Assembly: GCA_905331295.1 (NCBI GenBank)
Contig: CAJNYD010000117.1
Coordinates: 62,001 to 126,000, forward strand
Direction: 5' to 3'
Length of the DNA: 64,000 bases
Source: Rotaria socialis
Taxonomy: Eukaryota
Below, in pieces: positions 13,101 through 24,800 of this stretch. Each line of letters begins with the position of its first letter. Position 1 is the stretch's first letter. A program made the translations under genes and the position numbers. The notes below the pieces were generated by a model, which worked only from the letters and a program-made list of their open reading frames with translations, made no database searches and was not told the DNA's origin.

Positions 13101-13388
13101 TTCAAGCGTTCCATGTAATAGTATCGATGCATTTTTAGAATCTCTGCCGTGTTCACCGGGTCCACCATCTGACCCATCAGTACCAGCATGTCCGTTCGGA
13201 CAGTTATCACCAAAGCTGCCATCTCTTCCAGGAGTTCCATGTGTTCCATTGCCACCTGCCTTGCCATTCAAATCTGACAGGTCGTTAATTGGAATCACTT
13301 TTTGGATTGATTTTCTCACAGATCGAACACTAACACTATTCGCATCGAAGGCGCGGTTCGGTACTTGATTTACTGTCACTATACTCAT
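10149..13388 (-). CDS. Intronless 1079-aa protein with Gly-rich (GxxG, collagen/PGRS-like) N-terminal region and globular C-terminal region
   Basis: A single 3.2-kb ORF with GxxG repeats. It contains TDGNEDGIYKPN...WINNGAMILP, which resembles the DxNxDGIFEPGE...NxGGMPxP motif I recall from fungal/protist Gly-rich proteins (DUF7932-like, unverified). Confidence 0.85.
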   Translation of the reverse strand: MSIVTVNQVPNRAFDANSVSVRSVRKSIQKVIPINDLSDLNGKAGGNGTHGTPGRDGSFGDNCPNGHAGTDGSDGGPGEHGRDSKNASILLHGTLEDFNIEVKIVRTLNCPSDSHVDWNNIIYVRKANYNFPLDESQGIVLIKAIGGNGGNGGQGGDGGNGGAGGPGGIGHDGLSGFNAYSLGTPGRDGGSDGIGHDGSSGFNAYSFRAPGWDEEDRGNEGNGRNGGDGGDGGNGGNGGDGGKGGNAGNGGHIQVISADPQLFMLIEIDCRAGRKGNGGAAGKGGCFGSGGSGGLGGCGGWGWNAAPMGLPGKDGKYGSCGVNGHPGSDGSDGCAASDGSVEYVVIDANNHICQRRPDKYHTSVVGYTITDGNEDGIYKPNSNCFVTDVEWINNGAMILPAGAILSFRSTDYISADANDGILLQGANVGNNLHNYDQYTCHMNSIRATSLSQPYIQRVQLASQIHPLNRIFSGSEVSTNLICQYPIQIKEIKIPFVLCPNELAIATVTFTNLSTEVYGTCPRSLGSVKCRFSLHSFIQVVPASRNEAYVYHMTMDGCGIFEINKILPNSTKQIRFAIISSADTQNLYYDNLVWNLDLLLCDTVIEKHQNNIRIVPKFVPSERTDILLITDSLFTRAEFLAYQNLFRLLNYSSRYCDIQKYGSLNNSELIWLHTANIIIFIYSNPKSKFNMIPPHLLLQHMNSSDYAGFICIGNCKIDELDFAIFDYKNLSFRNINHENKSEMINHRRSRIGFGQPDDGRLSKKANKKRMKIQRQCGDEFLYQVVYDNTISTVSQCRLATAYEKTYVIQSKLNARFCNRLILVNSCMPFKMEAHFNANQQAYVNTMYKPKSYHKSQSSKITENGIDLNSNFGRLLCALLCCQGFERSVAMLSQNSDLTKLMFIKDSHQLSFNQILVSLAMSTIEREYDRGVMEFPLSKQILQQIFKAITRENIAKNDTRKTALANILYLLIQSLSGYIESKTCCYFSWHNLTRERKQRHQLIEILNDLRSLSNYEIGSNKNVNEEVEVLQLQKLANLTFPITDKRDNCVRSVAEIQAWNEEQQMNKARSLIEEQSCFEFF

Positions 13389-14389
13389 TACGTTATATTA
13401 ATGCAAATCTACAATAGTTCAAATCGAAAAAAATGATATCGTAAACGGCCATGAAAGACATGAAACGGTTAAAGTCAACTATATTGTGGCATCTTTTCCA
13501 CGGAGTTCAGAAGATTATGAAAATGAAAGCCTTTTTCCCGGGAAAGAAAGCAACTCCTATTACCTACTGATATAATAACAAATCGATGCTTTTATAAGCC
13601 GTTTTACTGCTACTCAAGCTTGTTTAAGACGTCGTTTTCGACAGCTGCAATAATTTTATTGTTATCACACGTTGTCCGTATAATATTGAGTGAAGGATGC
13701 ATGACTCATTGGTTACTTTCATAGGTATAGTTTTTCATATTTATTAGAGACGCAATTTTTGTCGTCCTTATCAAAGTTGAAAGATATGACTAACAATGTA
13801 AAGGGTTATGTTTAATTGAGAAGTCAAATAAAAAAAAGGTACTCTTAAATGGGAAAAAGCAATTCAAAGCTTGTGTGGGAAACATTTGAAAGTATATAGG
13901 GGAATTAATCATATCGTTATCCGTTTTCAACTATGTAACGCTACTATATGAAAAATGAAGGGTTAAATGGATGTATTTAATCGTGGTTTTTGTTTTTCGA
14001 TAATAAATTATATTGAGTGTATGTTAATATATAGTTATCAATAAAGATAATAACAATAAAAATTATGAATATTAATGGACTGATAAAAATGTCAAAACAA
14101 GAGGTTGAAGAAGATAAGAAAAAACAACAACAACAAGAACAATGCAATAGATCATCAATCAAATCAAGGGAGTCAGTCGCATCTGACGGGTTACGTAATA
14201 TATTAAATAGAATTAAAACAGATGATAAAAAATATAGAAGAGTTTAGCATCAATTAGCGACCTCTTTTGGCGTTAACACCATTCCACTGTATTTTCATGA
14301 TAATATTAGTAGCAATGTCAAATTAGGAGAACCACATTAAAAAAGGATACCGAGGAGATGGAAAATATATCTAACAAATGAAGAATATG

Positions 14390-14760
14390 TAGAAAACCAA
14401 TAACGATGGAGATCCTTATTGCGATGATCTAATCTACGGAAGATTTTTACATAACATGTTTTACACTAATTGTATGAAGGAGGAAATTATATTGAGTTCT
14501 ACATTCTAGTTCCAAAAGAGCTACGCCAACAAGTATTATTTTCTATAATACTACCAGATTAGTTTCCTTTTCTGTAAAAAGTAATTTCTTTATTCATATA
14601 GTTTACAATCTTTGTATCTAATTACATCTTAGAAGCATTATGAGAATGTACAAGCCAATATTTTGACTATATGGTGCAATTGTTCAAGGAAAGTGTAAAC
14701 GATATGTTCTATGTCCCTTTAGGACCGTCAAGTCATAGGATCTTTTATGCAATACAAGAA
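14390..14760 (+). mobile_element. Possible heavily decayed LTR-retrotransposon (Gypsy-like) integrase remnant
   Basis: Fragment ILVPKELRQQVLF (about 14503-14542) resembles the motif preceding the integrase HHCC domain. The surrounding frames are broken. Confidence 0.35.
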
Positions 14761-16524
14761 AAAAGAAACAACAGGGTGTGGGTGTGGGTTTATGCTTAAT
14801 ATTAAACTCGACTTGAACGCCCACATCCAGCACCTTCATCTTCAGTTCTTCATTAAATATTCATGAGTATTTGTCAGTTTTATACTGATTTCGTAAACCC
14901 TGCAAAGTTTTATCTTCTTCATGACAGTTAAAGGTATATGAAAGTTCAATGTATCAAAAGCTCTTGAACATTTTATTAAATTTGCATAAAAACATCAATG
15001 TTTTATGAAACTGGTATTTACCTAAAATAGCTTATATAATTATTGATTTCAATTTTTTTTCTACTAGTCTGTCTTATTGAAATAAAATAGAGTAAAAAGA
15101 ATGAATCTAATTAAATTTTTTCTTTTTTAAAATCATTCGTTAAAAAAAGAAAAAAATTCAAAACAAATAAAAGAAAATGGTGTAAACAGCTAGGAAAATG
15201 TTGGCCTCATAAGATGTTTCTTTCCGATAGTACAGAAATCGCCATATAAAAGGCCACTGTTTTCCGCCGGTTTCCAGTCGTGTACGGATCGTTGTATACG
15301 TCATAGGGTCATTACATCCTGTTGCTCATAGAAAAGGTTTTTCTGTTAGAGAAAAATTGAAAAAAATTTATATGCTTGTAAATCATTCAAGCATGAGCTA
15401 GAGAGATTATTATTATTTTTGTGTCAGATATTCTTGATAGTTATATACAAAAAGAAAGAAATTTATAACGATTTTTGATTCCTAAAAGAATTGTTTTACT
15501 TTCGATAAAATGTAAAGTCAGTTTTTACTTTTAGCGATCTATTTAAACATCACGGGTGAATTTCTTGATGAATACTTGATAATCAAGCTAAATCTAAAAT
15601 CAAAAATGTACTACTCATGCCTTTTGATTGTTCCTCAATTGTAAATACCAAGCATACAAAAAACCAGATGTGTCAACATTTTTTTGTTTAAATTATGATA
15701 CTGGAGTTACTGTTGGGTATTACAACAAGAGCTTCGTATTTGTTCAGCTGGAAATTATTATCAATGGTAGTTTATATTTTTTCTTACAAAAAGAAAAAAT
15801 TTAAATTCAAAAGAATTCATCCTCGAATCATGACGCCATTTTCATTTAATTATTTATATAGACTAGACAAATACAATCTGTAAGATTGAATGATCATCAT
15901 CTAAAAGCAGCTAACGATTTATTTATGTAGAGTGCATTAATGATTATTAAAAAAGTATTTAAAAAAGTTCATTTTGCCACAATCAAAATTCGCAGAGATA
16001 ATTTTACCGAATCAATGTGTCGTCTGTATAAAGCGATATATTTTCTTTTCACTAAAAATATTTCTTATTGCTATTTCGAAGGCATATCATCTGGATACAA
16101 TGTCTCGGAGATTGCCATGCTATACTGCAGTTCTATTTATCATGCTCGTTATAATTTGAAGAAACACGACGAAGTCGCTTAAATTGCTATTTAATTTCTG
16201 TTCTCCCGAAAAAATACGAAAGAAATGACAGTAGATTTGCCATTAGTCTAAGTAATACGTAGGTGAAATATCTTTTCAATGGTGTATATTCATTCCTTCG
16301 GGTGAAAATAATCTATAGATCATCGATTTATTTCTTCATTAGAACAAAAAGAATTATTTTTTCTTTCTGTACTTGGCAACACTTATATACCTTCACTCAT
16401 ATCAGTAGTTTTACATACAGTGAAAAATTTTCAGCCCTATCCCGTTAAAAAAAAGTAACGTAATTGCAGTTTGTCGTGCATTAGTATGTTCACTAAAGTT
16501 TAGGATTTTTCTCTTGATTTTAGA

Positions 16525-16845
16525 ATGAACACAGCAATCATATTGTTATTATTGATGTTCACCATCATGGTTAATTCAAATACTGCTTACACGGTTCAGC
16601 CTGAGAATGATGTTTATTATAAAAATCCTTGTCACAAGGGAGCATCATTTAGCTGTTGTGAAGGATATGTTCTGGAAGTACAAAATGAAACAACAGCAAA
16701 ATGTATTAATTGTATTCCTGCTGGACGTCCATGCTATCAAATCAATCGCCCATGCTGTCCAGGTTATCGATGTGGCTCAGGACCTGCTATTTATGTAAAA
16801 CCAAGACCTACTGACATTTGTATTCCAAATTTACTAAAGGGTTAA
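16525..16845 (+). CDS. Secreted cysteine-rich peptide with knottin (ICK)-like C-terminal module
   Basis: Signal peptide MNTAIILLLLMFTIMVNS, 10 Cys, and C-x6-C-x6-CC-x4-C-x15-C spacing in CIPAGRPCYQINRPCCPGYRC...DIC. AATAAA follows at about 16895. Confidence 0.8.
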   Translation: MNTAIILLLLMFTIMVNSNTAYTVQPENDVYYKNPCHKGASFSCCEGYVLEVQNETTAKCINCIPAGRPCYQINRPCCPGYRCGSGPAIYVKPRPTDICIPNLLKG

Positions 16846-18893
16846 AAATATAAACTTTTGAGATTATGTAACACAGTTGCTTAACTTTATAAGAAATAAA
16901 TAAACATTCTATCATGTATCCATGGAAAAACCAACACCTCAAAATCAAAAATTCTGTTTTTCATGTGTAAATAGCCACTGAAACCGGAATTGGAAGTATC
17001 ACGTCGTAATATTGCGACTATATATTATCGACCAGATTAACTTTATCTTTAATATTTCTACATTAACCTTAATTCAGATATATTCTACAGTTGGTTTCGC
17101 AATTCGAGTACAGCTGCAAAAGCCAAGAAAGACTGCTGTGTGCATTAAATTCTAGTGTTTATAAACAAGATCTGCGTTTTCTGGAAAAATTACCATTAAC
17201 TGAATGAGCTACCCACGAGCTTCTCGATTGAGAAACTGCTAACGAATCTGACGGTTAAATGTGTTCTCATGCTATGCTAATAATTTATCACGTCACTCAT
17301 TCTTTTGCTAAAATCTTATTAATACCGATCATTGCAACATATGAATTTATCTTTTCATTACTGCTTTATTAGCGCTTGTATTTGCCAAAATAAAGAATAG
17401 ACTGGGAATATATTTTATATGATGAATTGACGTATTTCAATGGTAACCATAGCCTAAAGTATTTAAAATGTGAGTTTTTTTGCGGCAAATATTTTGCAAC
17501 TGAGAACTCAAAAAAAACATCAAGTCAACGCCAATCTTGTGTACGTTGATAAAGTAACCTGATTCTTCTGCATCGTTCTGTTTTCAACCAGACGCTCATT
17601 TTTTCTATTTAAAAGCTTTTTTTTATTTCTTTTATTTGCTTGTGAATAGCATTATGCACGACGAACAGGGAAAATATTCAAACCAAACAAAAAATGGAAT
17701 TTACACAAAACTAGAATATTCTGTAAGTTTCTCATAGTAGTTATCAGTCAACATACATGCCGTCTATTACGATACCTGCTACTTAGATTTCTACAGACAC
17801 TAAATATGCTCGTATCAACTATTCTTATCGTTGTTCTTATCACGTTTGAGTATGTATATGAAAATAAAATAAATAAGTGATAACTTTTACAGGCTAGTCA
17901 TAGCATTATCTTTTGCTTCTATTCTGAAAATGTTCTGATGAATAATTTTTGTTGCACATATTAAAATAAGCGGTTCACTCAAGTAAGAACATAAGTTAAA
18001 ATCAAAGATAATATATGAATTTCGTTGCGAGTGTAGCATGATAAAATGTATTTGTTGAAAATACACAAGCAATTCGTATTTCAAATTTGCTTATCAGGTA
18101 AAAATGCAGCAAGCCTCGATTTTCTTTGTTTTCCTTCTTTCTGTCTTTTTTGCAATCACGTGTCTGTCTATATATGGCTTTTGTATTTTTTCATTCTCGT
18201 CTTTAAAAAAACTTCCAAAAAAATGATTACTTTGAGGTAAAACGAAATGGACGTAGTTGGTTTGAAGACGTGTCAAACATTGCCATATCAGAAAACTTGG
18301 ATGAGTACAAGTAAGAGTCTTAGAATATCTGATGAGAAGACGCGCATCTCTAGATACTTCTCTTAGCGAAATGTCCAGTCTCTGCAAGACACGCAATATG
18401 TTTCGTCCTGACATTCCTAGCTTTTCTCTTTGAAAAGGCTATCAGCCGATATAAACCTTATGGCTATACCTATACATGGGATTTTCAGGAACGATCTTGA
18501 ATATCACAACTTGGCATCATCCACTGTGTATCAATAAAAAAAAAGACTAGACTCATGGTTATCTCTCTTACAGATTAGAATATTGGTGTGGCTCACAGAA
18601 ATCCATGCGTTATTGAACTGGTACAATTTGCATATTCATGTACGACATTTCTAGGATGTGTAAATATTTTTGTTAACAAGTTTATCTGCCATTTTCCCCA
18701 CGCCCTCGTGTACTATCTTTGTCTCATTTTAGATCATTAAAATAGTTAGTTTGCAATAATAAAGCTTGATTAAGCATCTCCGACGAAAGAAAAAGTAAGG
18801 ATAAAGTCACTAATTGTATCGAATTTTTCTGAAATAATCAAGCATCTATGCTTTGCTTTCTATTATAGGGTTAACTCAAAGTGGATTATTTCC

Positions 18894-21800
18894 ATGACAG
18901 GAATAATCAAACGTATTTCGAAGTGGTTGAAGTCAGAGATAGAAATATCAGAAGCTGCAAATTATGTCGGAAGTGTTTTTCATGATGATAGTGATGAACA
19001 ATCATTTTTCGATGTAGTCTTTTCTAGGTTCGAAAATTATGATCAATCGAATCAAGCTCATGGAAACAGGACTTTCTCAGAGGATATTGATTTTATTATT
19101 CAATGTGCCATAGATAGTTTAACGTCGTCCGAACATTTATCTCGACACTCAAAGCAAATTCACGTGTTCTTTTATATTTATCGTCGAACTGCTGAATACA
19201 ATGAGTATAAAAGGCGATGCAATACTCAACTGAAGGAATTTCAAGAGAAACTGCTCGAGCGGTTAGGACATGTGTTCGAATCAACTAAGGGCTGTGACCC
19301 AAATCTGTCTACAACAAACAAGGATCTAATAGAACGGATAGACATTCGACAACATCTGGCCACCGTTACAGAAATTAAAGATATCGGAAAATTGAATATA
19401 TTCTTTGCTCTTTGTAAATTATCCTTTCAATCATCGTTAGTGATGAGCAGTAGTATTCGTCTGCAGTGGATGGATGTATTGAAAATGTGTCAGTGGAATA
19501 TTTCAGTCATTGACTTTGTTTCACAATACTTGGAATGTAAATCAGCATTCGAACAATGCCCACTAGATATATCTGCATTGATTTATCTCACACGAAAAGC
19601 ACAGTCATCGACGAGTGTTGACTTGCCAACATTTGATATTCTTCATAGCTTTCTAAATGATTTAAACTTAGATTATAAAGAATTCTATGGTCGATTTTTA
19701 AGTATATTCGGTGAGGGTATTAGGAAACCTTCTTGTAAACAATCAAAAATTTCCCAACTATTTCGAATTTTAAGCACAGAAGAAGATTTATTTCCGACAT
19801 ATTTATCGACGTATGCATCAGGCGTGTCACCTGATCACTTATGGGAACTATTTTTAAATTTAAGCGCGAATGGCGACATTAATGAAATCATGCAAAAACA
19901 TCTTAGTTCGATTTTAACCCAGAGAATGCAATATATTAGCATTGAAGTATTCAAGCATTATTATGTGTGTGCCGAATGCTGTTTACCAAAAATCAAAGAT
20001 GAAAATCGCCAAGTATTTGTTGGAATACTCGACACTGTGCTCCAAGGATTTCTCAGCAAACAGCGTAACGATCAATCATATTCCTGTCAGTTTACAGAAT
20101 ATCATTTAAAAGAATTCCTAAATATCGCTCTTAGACTATCACCGACACATAGTCTTCAACATCCATCTTGTTTACTCATTATACGGCATTTATTATTTAA
20201 ACGAGATAACTACGACATAGCTATATTTGAAAAAATCAAACGTCTGTTTGCAAGATCAAATAGTCTTGATAGAAATTTATTTCAAACAGTTGAACCTGCT
20301 AGTATAATAAAAGATGAGTGGTTCATTGATTATATGTTTCATATACCTAACGATTGGTTCATGCTAAGCAGATATGATTATGACGATCTCGCCGCCGCTC
20401 ATCAGAATAATAGTTGGTCACTTTACATTTGGTCACGACTTATTCAATTGAGTCTGTCAAAAGTAGATACTAATAAATGGAACGAAACAGTTGCGCAACT
20501 AAATCACTGGATGATCAATGTCGAGCGTAATAAGTACACTGCCAACGACACTTTGACAATTATTTTTGTCAACACTGTATTTGATATGGCTATTTCCAAG
20601 AATTCGAAATCTGTTTTGTTTGCTCCGAATATCGGATCAATACTGAAATATATTTTAGATGCCAAACAAAATAATGATAAGTTAATTGATATAAAGCAAG
20701 TAGATGATTTCATTCAAAAAGTAAATGAATCAATCAAGGATATTTTATCACTAAATAGTAAGTTCCATTTATTAGAATTTCTTGTATGCAAGACTTTTTG
20801 TAATCTTCAATAATTTAAAGGTAGATAAAGATAATTAAATATTAACAAATTTCTCCGCAGTCCAACTGTCTATTAATACGATAGAAAATTTCATGCTTAC
20901 CTACAATTGTTTCCTATAATGTCTAGTAGACGACTAGTAGAGTATTAAAGTTATATCGGATCTATGAAGTTTTTGTCACATTAGTTTTATATTGTGTCCG
21001 ACGTTTTTTGCAATGATATTCCTCACAGAAAAGTTGACCACGAACCCTTGCTGCGTTCAATGAACAAGTTCATATTGCTCGTAAAATGGCGAAATTTATT
21101 TTAAAAAAATGATTTCGAAATATCTAAAGCGTCAGTTATAAGACAATCATTTATTGTGAAGTTCTATTTTTGTAATTACAGGCACACGTAAAACATATAA
21201 TGATCTGTTATGTATATCGAACTTTAGCTGCTTTCTTCCGTTTTGCGATTTGAAAGCTATGCTCATTTCATCAGATCCACAGCGTTATAAATTTCCTGTT
21301 ACACCATTGCAAATCCTTACCATCGTTTCCGATGACAGACCGAATGATATTGACATATCTATTACTGATCAAAAAGAGACATTCTTCTGCTGTTTTATAC
21401 AACAAGTCGTTAAATGGTTAGAATGGTTTGACAAATTTATTGACATTTTTCAGCATGTCATTGAATGGCTTAGAGTACGCAAACTACAGAGAGCTGAGCA
21501 ATTGCTTAGTGATATACATACAATAAAAGATGATTCAATGACCAACGTCATTAAAGCGAAAACAGTCATTCAAGATATTATCGATTTACTAAAACCTTTC
21601 AAGAATCTTCACCGGCTTTGTTATCTGCTAAATTGTATGAATTCATTTGAAAATAGTTATCCTGGAACTTTAACCAGTCATGACCAATGGAAATCTCATA
21701 TTGAAGAACTAAAACGAGTCCATTCGAATAATACATTCACAGTCGCGGCTAATGCTAAATATGAACATCCACACTCGATCGGTGCTCGTCGAGTTGTTCA

Positions 21801-24800
21801 CTGGTCACTTGCTTGTGAAAGACTTGAATGCAACATTAGTATAGAATATCGAATTAATACACCTCGCACCAAGAGTTACAATTGTTTTTCTAGGCAAAAA
21901 GTTCCTCTTGATAAGAAAGTTTTAAAAGGTGAATTTAAAACACAACGAAGTGGCAATTTGGTAATCACTATTGATAATCAAACTGGAGGTGCTCCACGGA
22001 CGATTTGGTATCAAATAAAAACAATGCATTTTTCAACATGCCATCTGTTTGATGGTTTTTTCTCTATGCTTCGCCAACAGTATTTCCAACAATCAAATGA
22101 AAATATTCAAGTCACTGATTTAAGTGATCTAATTGATAGAGCGTTCGAGTTTATTGATAGTCTTTTAAATGGGGACATCACTTTAGAAGACATGGAATAT
22201 CTTAAGACAGTTTTTCATGATAAAAATATAGATGTTAAAGAAGAAGTCAAGATATTATTTTCTAATCGTTTAATCGCAAACAATAATTGTCAAACAACGC
22301 TAACGACAGCAACAAACATCATATCACAAGGTCAAAATGAACAAGATATTGAGCAAGTTTGCGAATGGTTACGAACTTATCAATACTATAGTCATCTTAG
22401 TATTATAGCCGATTGTGTACAAAAGTTTGATATTATTTTAAATATTGATCAAAACGATGAATCAATTGAAAAGTTACAAGAAATGATTAAAAACGACAGC
22501 TGTTCTCTTAAAAAGATCTCAGAAACATATAAAGATCTTTATGAACGTTTTGGAAAGTTAACGAATCATCATTTGCAATTGATTAAAACGATTACTGAAT
22601 GTTTTCATGTCGTTCAAATATTGAAAAAATTTGATTTATATTCAACTGAAGGATTACGGCGATTTCTAGAATTGCGCGATAATTTAACAACACAATTTCA
22701 ATTACAAGAACGCAACAATATGATTCTTAATTCATTGATTATTAGTTATGCTTTATGTGAACCCTTTGTTCATCAAGTAGAGAATTTAGAAGGATTCGTA
22801 GATAATGTTGCGAAGTTATCCAATATTGATGAGAGTTCATTGGAACATATTAAAGGTAAACAAAATTCTTTTATATTTTCAAAAATCGAGATACTTTCTA
22901 AGCAAAAATGATGGTTGCAAAAAAGGACTTGCAGCAAACAGTTCTCATGTATTTCCGCTATTTTCAACAGTATACAGTTCAGTATTTTATTCGTTCTACG
23001 TAAATTTAATTAATTAATTGCCCATCGAAGATCGTGACCGATACGGCTCGGAGCTGTCTGTAATGAGTCTGGAATCGGTCGGTCTATCGGTGACTCTTTG
23101 ATACTAGAAAAAAATTCAACTATAGACCATTTTTTACCATTAAGAACAAGAAATTTCGAATAAGCATATTTTATAAAAAAATAAGGAAAGAAACCAGTTT
23201 GAAATCTGCACCGGCATAGATCCCATCTCTGGATTGTGCGAACAACTTTTTGAATACGAACACGAAATAATTTAATCATTTTCTTGTAGTTGTCAATGAT
23301 AATATACAAACTGTAAACATGTGGTTATCAGCAGAAGCAACAACAATCTTGGATAATGCTCTCATTACTATGGAACATTTATACAAAACCGGTACAGTAC
23401 AAATTCACTTAAGAAATCTAATGAGCGAGAAATCGTATTTTGAAATCGCATATTCAATTGACACGTTAACAACAGAATTCAGCAGATCAAATGAATTCGA
23501 TTGCGACGAAAAAGATAAAAACATACAGAAGCAAGAGACAATAAAATTCGCATTGTCAATGGATGATATTGATGATCATAAACGTCAATTAACATTTTGT
23601 AATGTTGATCTAAAGCAATATATGATTGACAAAAAGATTCTATTAGAAGAACAATTAAAACTATTGGATACAATTGAAAAAATTTATTTCATTCTTTTAA
23701 AACTTGAAAAAGCTGGTCATCCAAATTTCCAATTGAAAGAATACAGCTATGATGTTTATGACCGACCAGGTGAGATTTTAGATCGGTAACAATTCGAATT
23801 TTTAGTTTACATGTTTCGCTTTTAGGTACAGTGAGCAAAATATTATCCGATCTGAAAAATAATGAAGAAGGTAGCGAACAAAAACTTAAACAAGAGATTA
23901 GAGACCGAACGAAATATTTTCAAGCGAAATTTACAAAATTCGAAGCTGATTACGACATATGGATAAGAGATCTAGAAAAATTACGATGTCGAAGTCCACT
24001 GTTACAATTATTTTCAAATCATCAAGTTATGATTATGTTCATTTTATTGACAACTTCAGCAACAGAAAATCAAGTTCAACAAAAATTCTTAAAGAAATTA
24101 TTTTCCTTGGACGATCTTAGCAAAAAACAAGAGGAAAACTTTAAGTTAACTGTTCTCTGTTTAATTCATTATTTGCAATCATTGAGAATCAAAGATTGTA
24201 ATTTATCTAATCCTAATGTAATCAATCTTTATAACAAATATAAAATAGAATACAATCATTCGAAAAATGAAGATCTACAATCAGAAAACTTACAAAAATT
24301 GTCTTCGTTTTTGGAAGATTTTTTCAATAAAGGAAAAGAATTACTAGCAGAAAGTCCAGCAAACACTGAAAATCAGCAATATCTCGTCACATTAAATTCT
24401 CCGGAACAAACATCAGATAAAGTTGACATTCAGAATGACTTTGACCTGGACACATATTATATTCTTTTAAATATTTTCAACGATCGATTGCCAGCTGATT
24501 ATCAATTACTACGGTGTTCTGTCGCAACAGATGACGATATTCGCTTATTTTTTTCACGTGTTCGAACTTTTCCACGTTTGACATTTGCCGTCATAGATAT
24601 TGACAAACTGCATCACCGACTTCGCGAGTTGGTGTTAAATGAACAAGATTCATTAGCAAAACAATCTGAGCGACACGGAACAATTTATTATTTTTCAAGA
24701 CAATTAATATCGTTCAGAAAAGGTGTTCGACCATTTTACATACGACCGCAACATCGAAATTCTTCTCATGCTTACTCACAATTTACGACGTTACTAAGAA

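Noticed and set aside
12340..13368. Pro-rich plus-strand ORFs (12340-12630, 13090-13368)
   Set aside because: They are antisense shadows of the Gly codons in the 1079-aa minus-strand gene.
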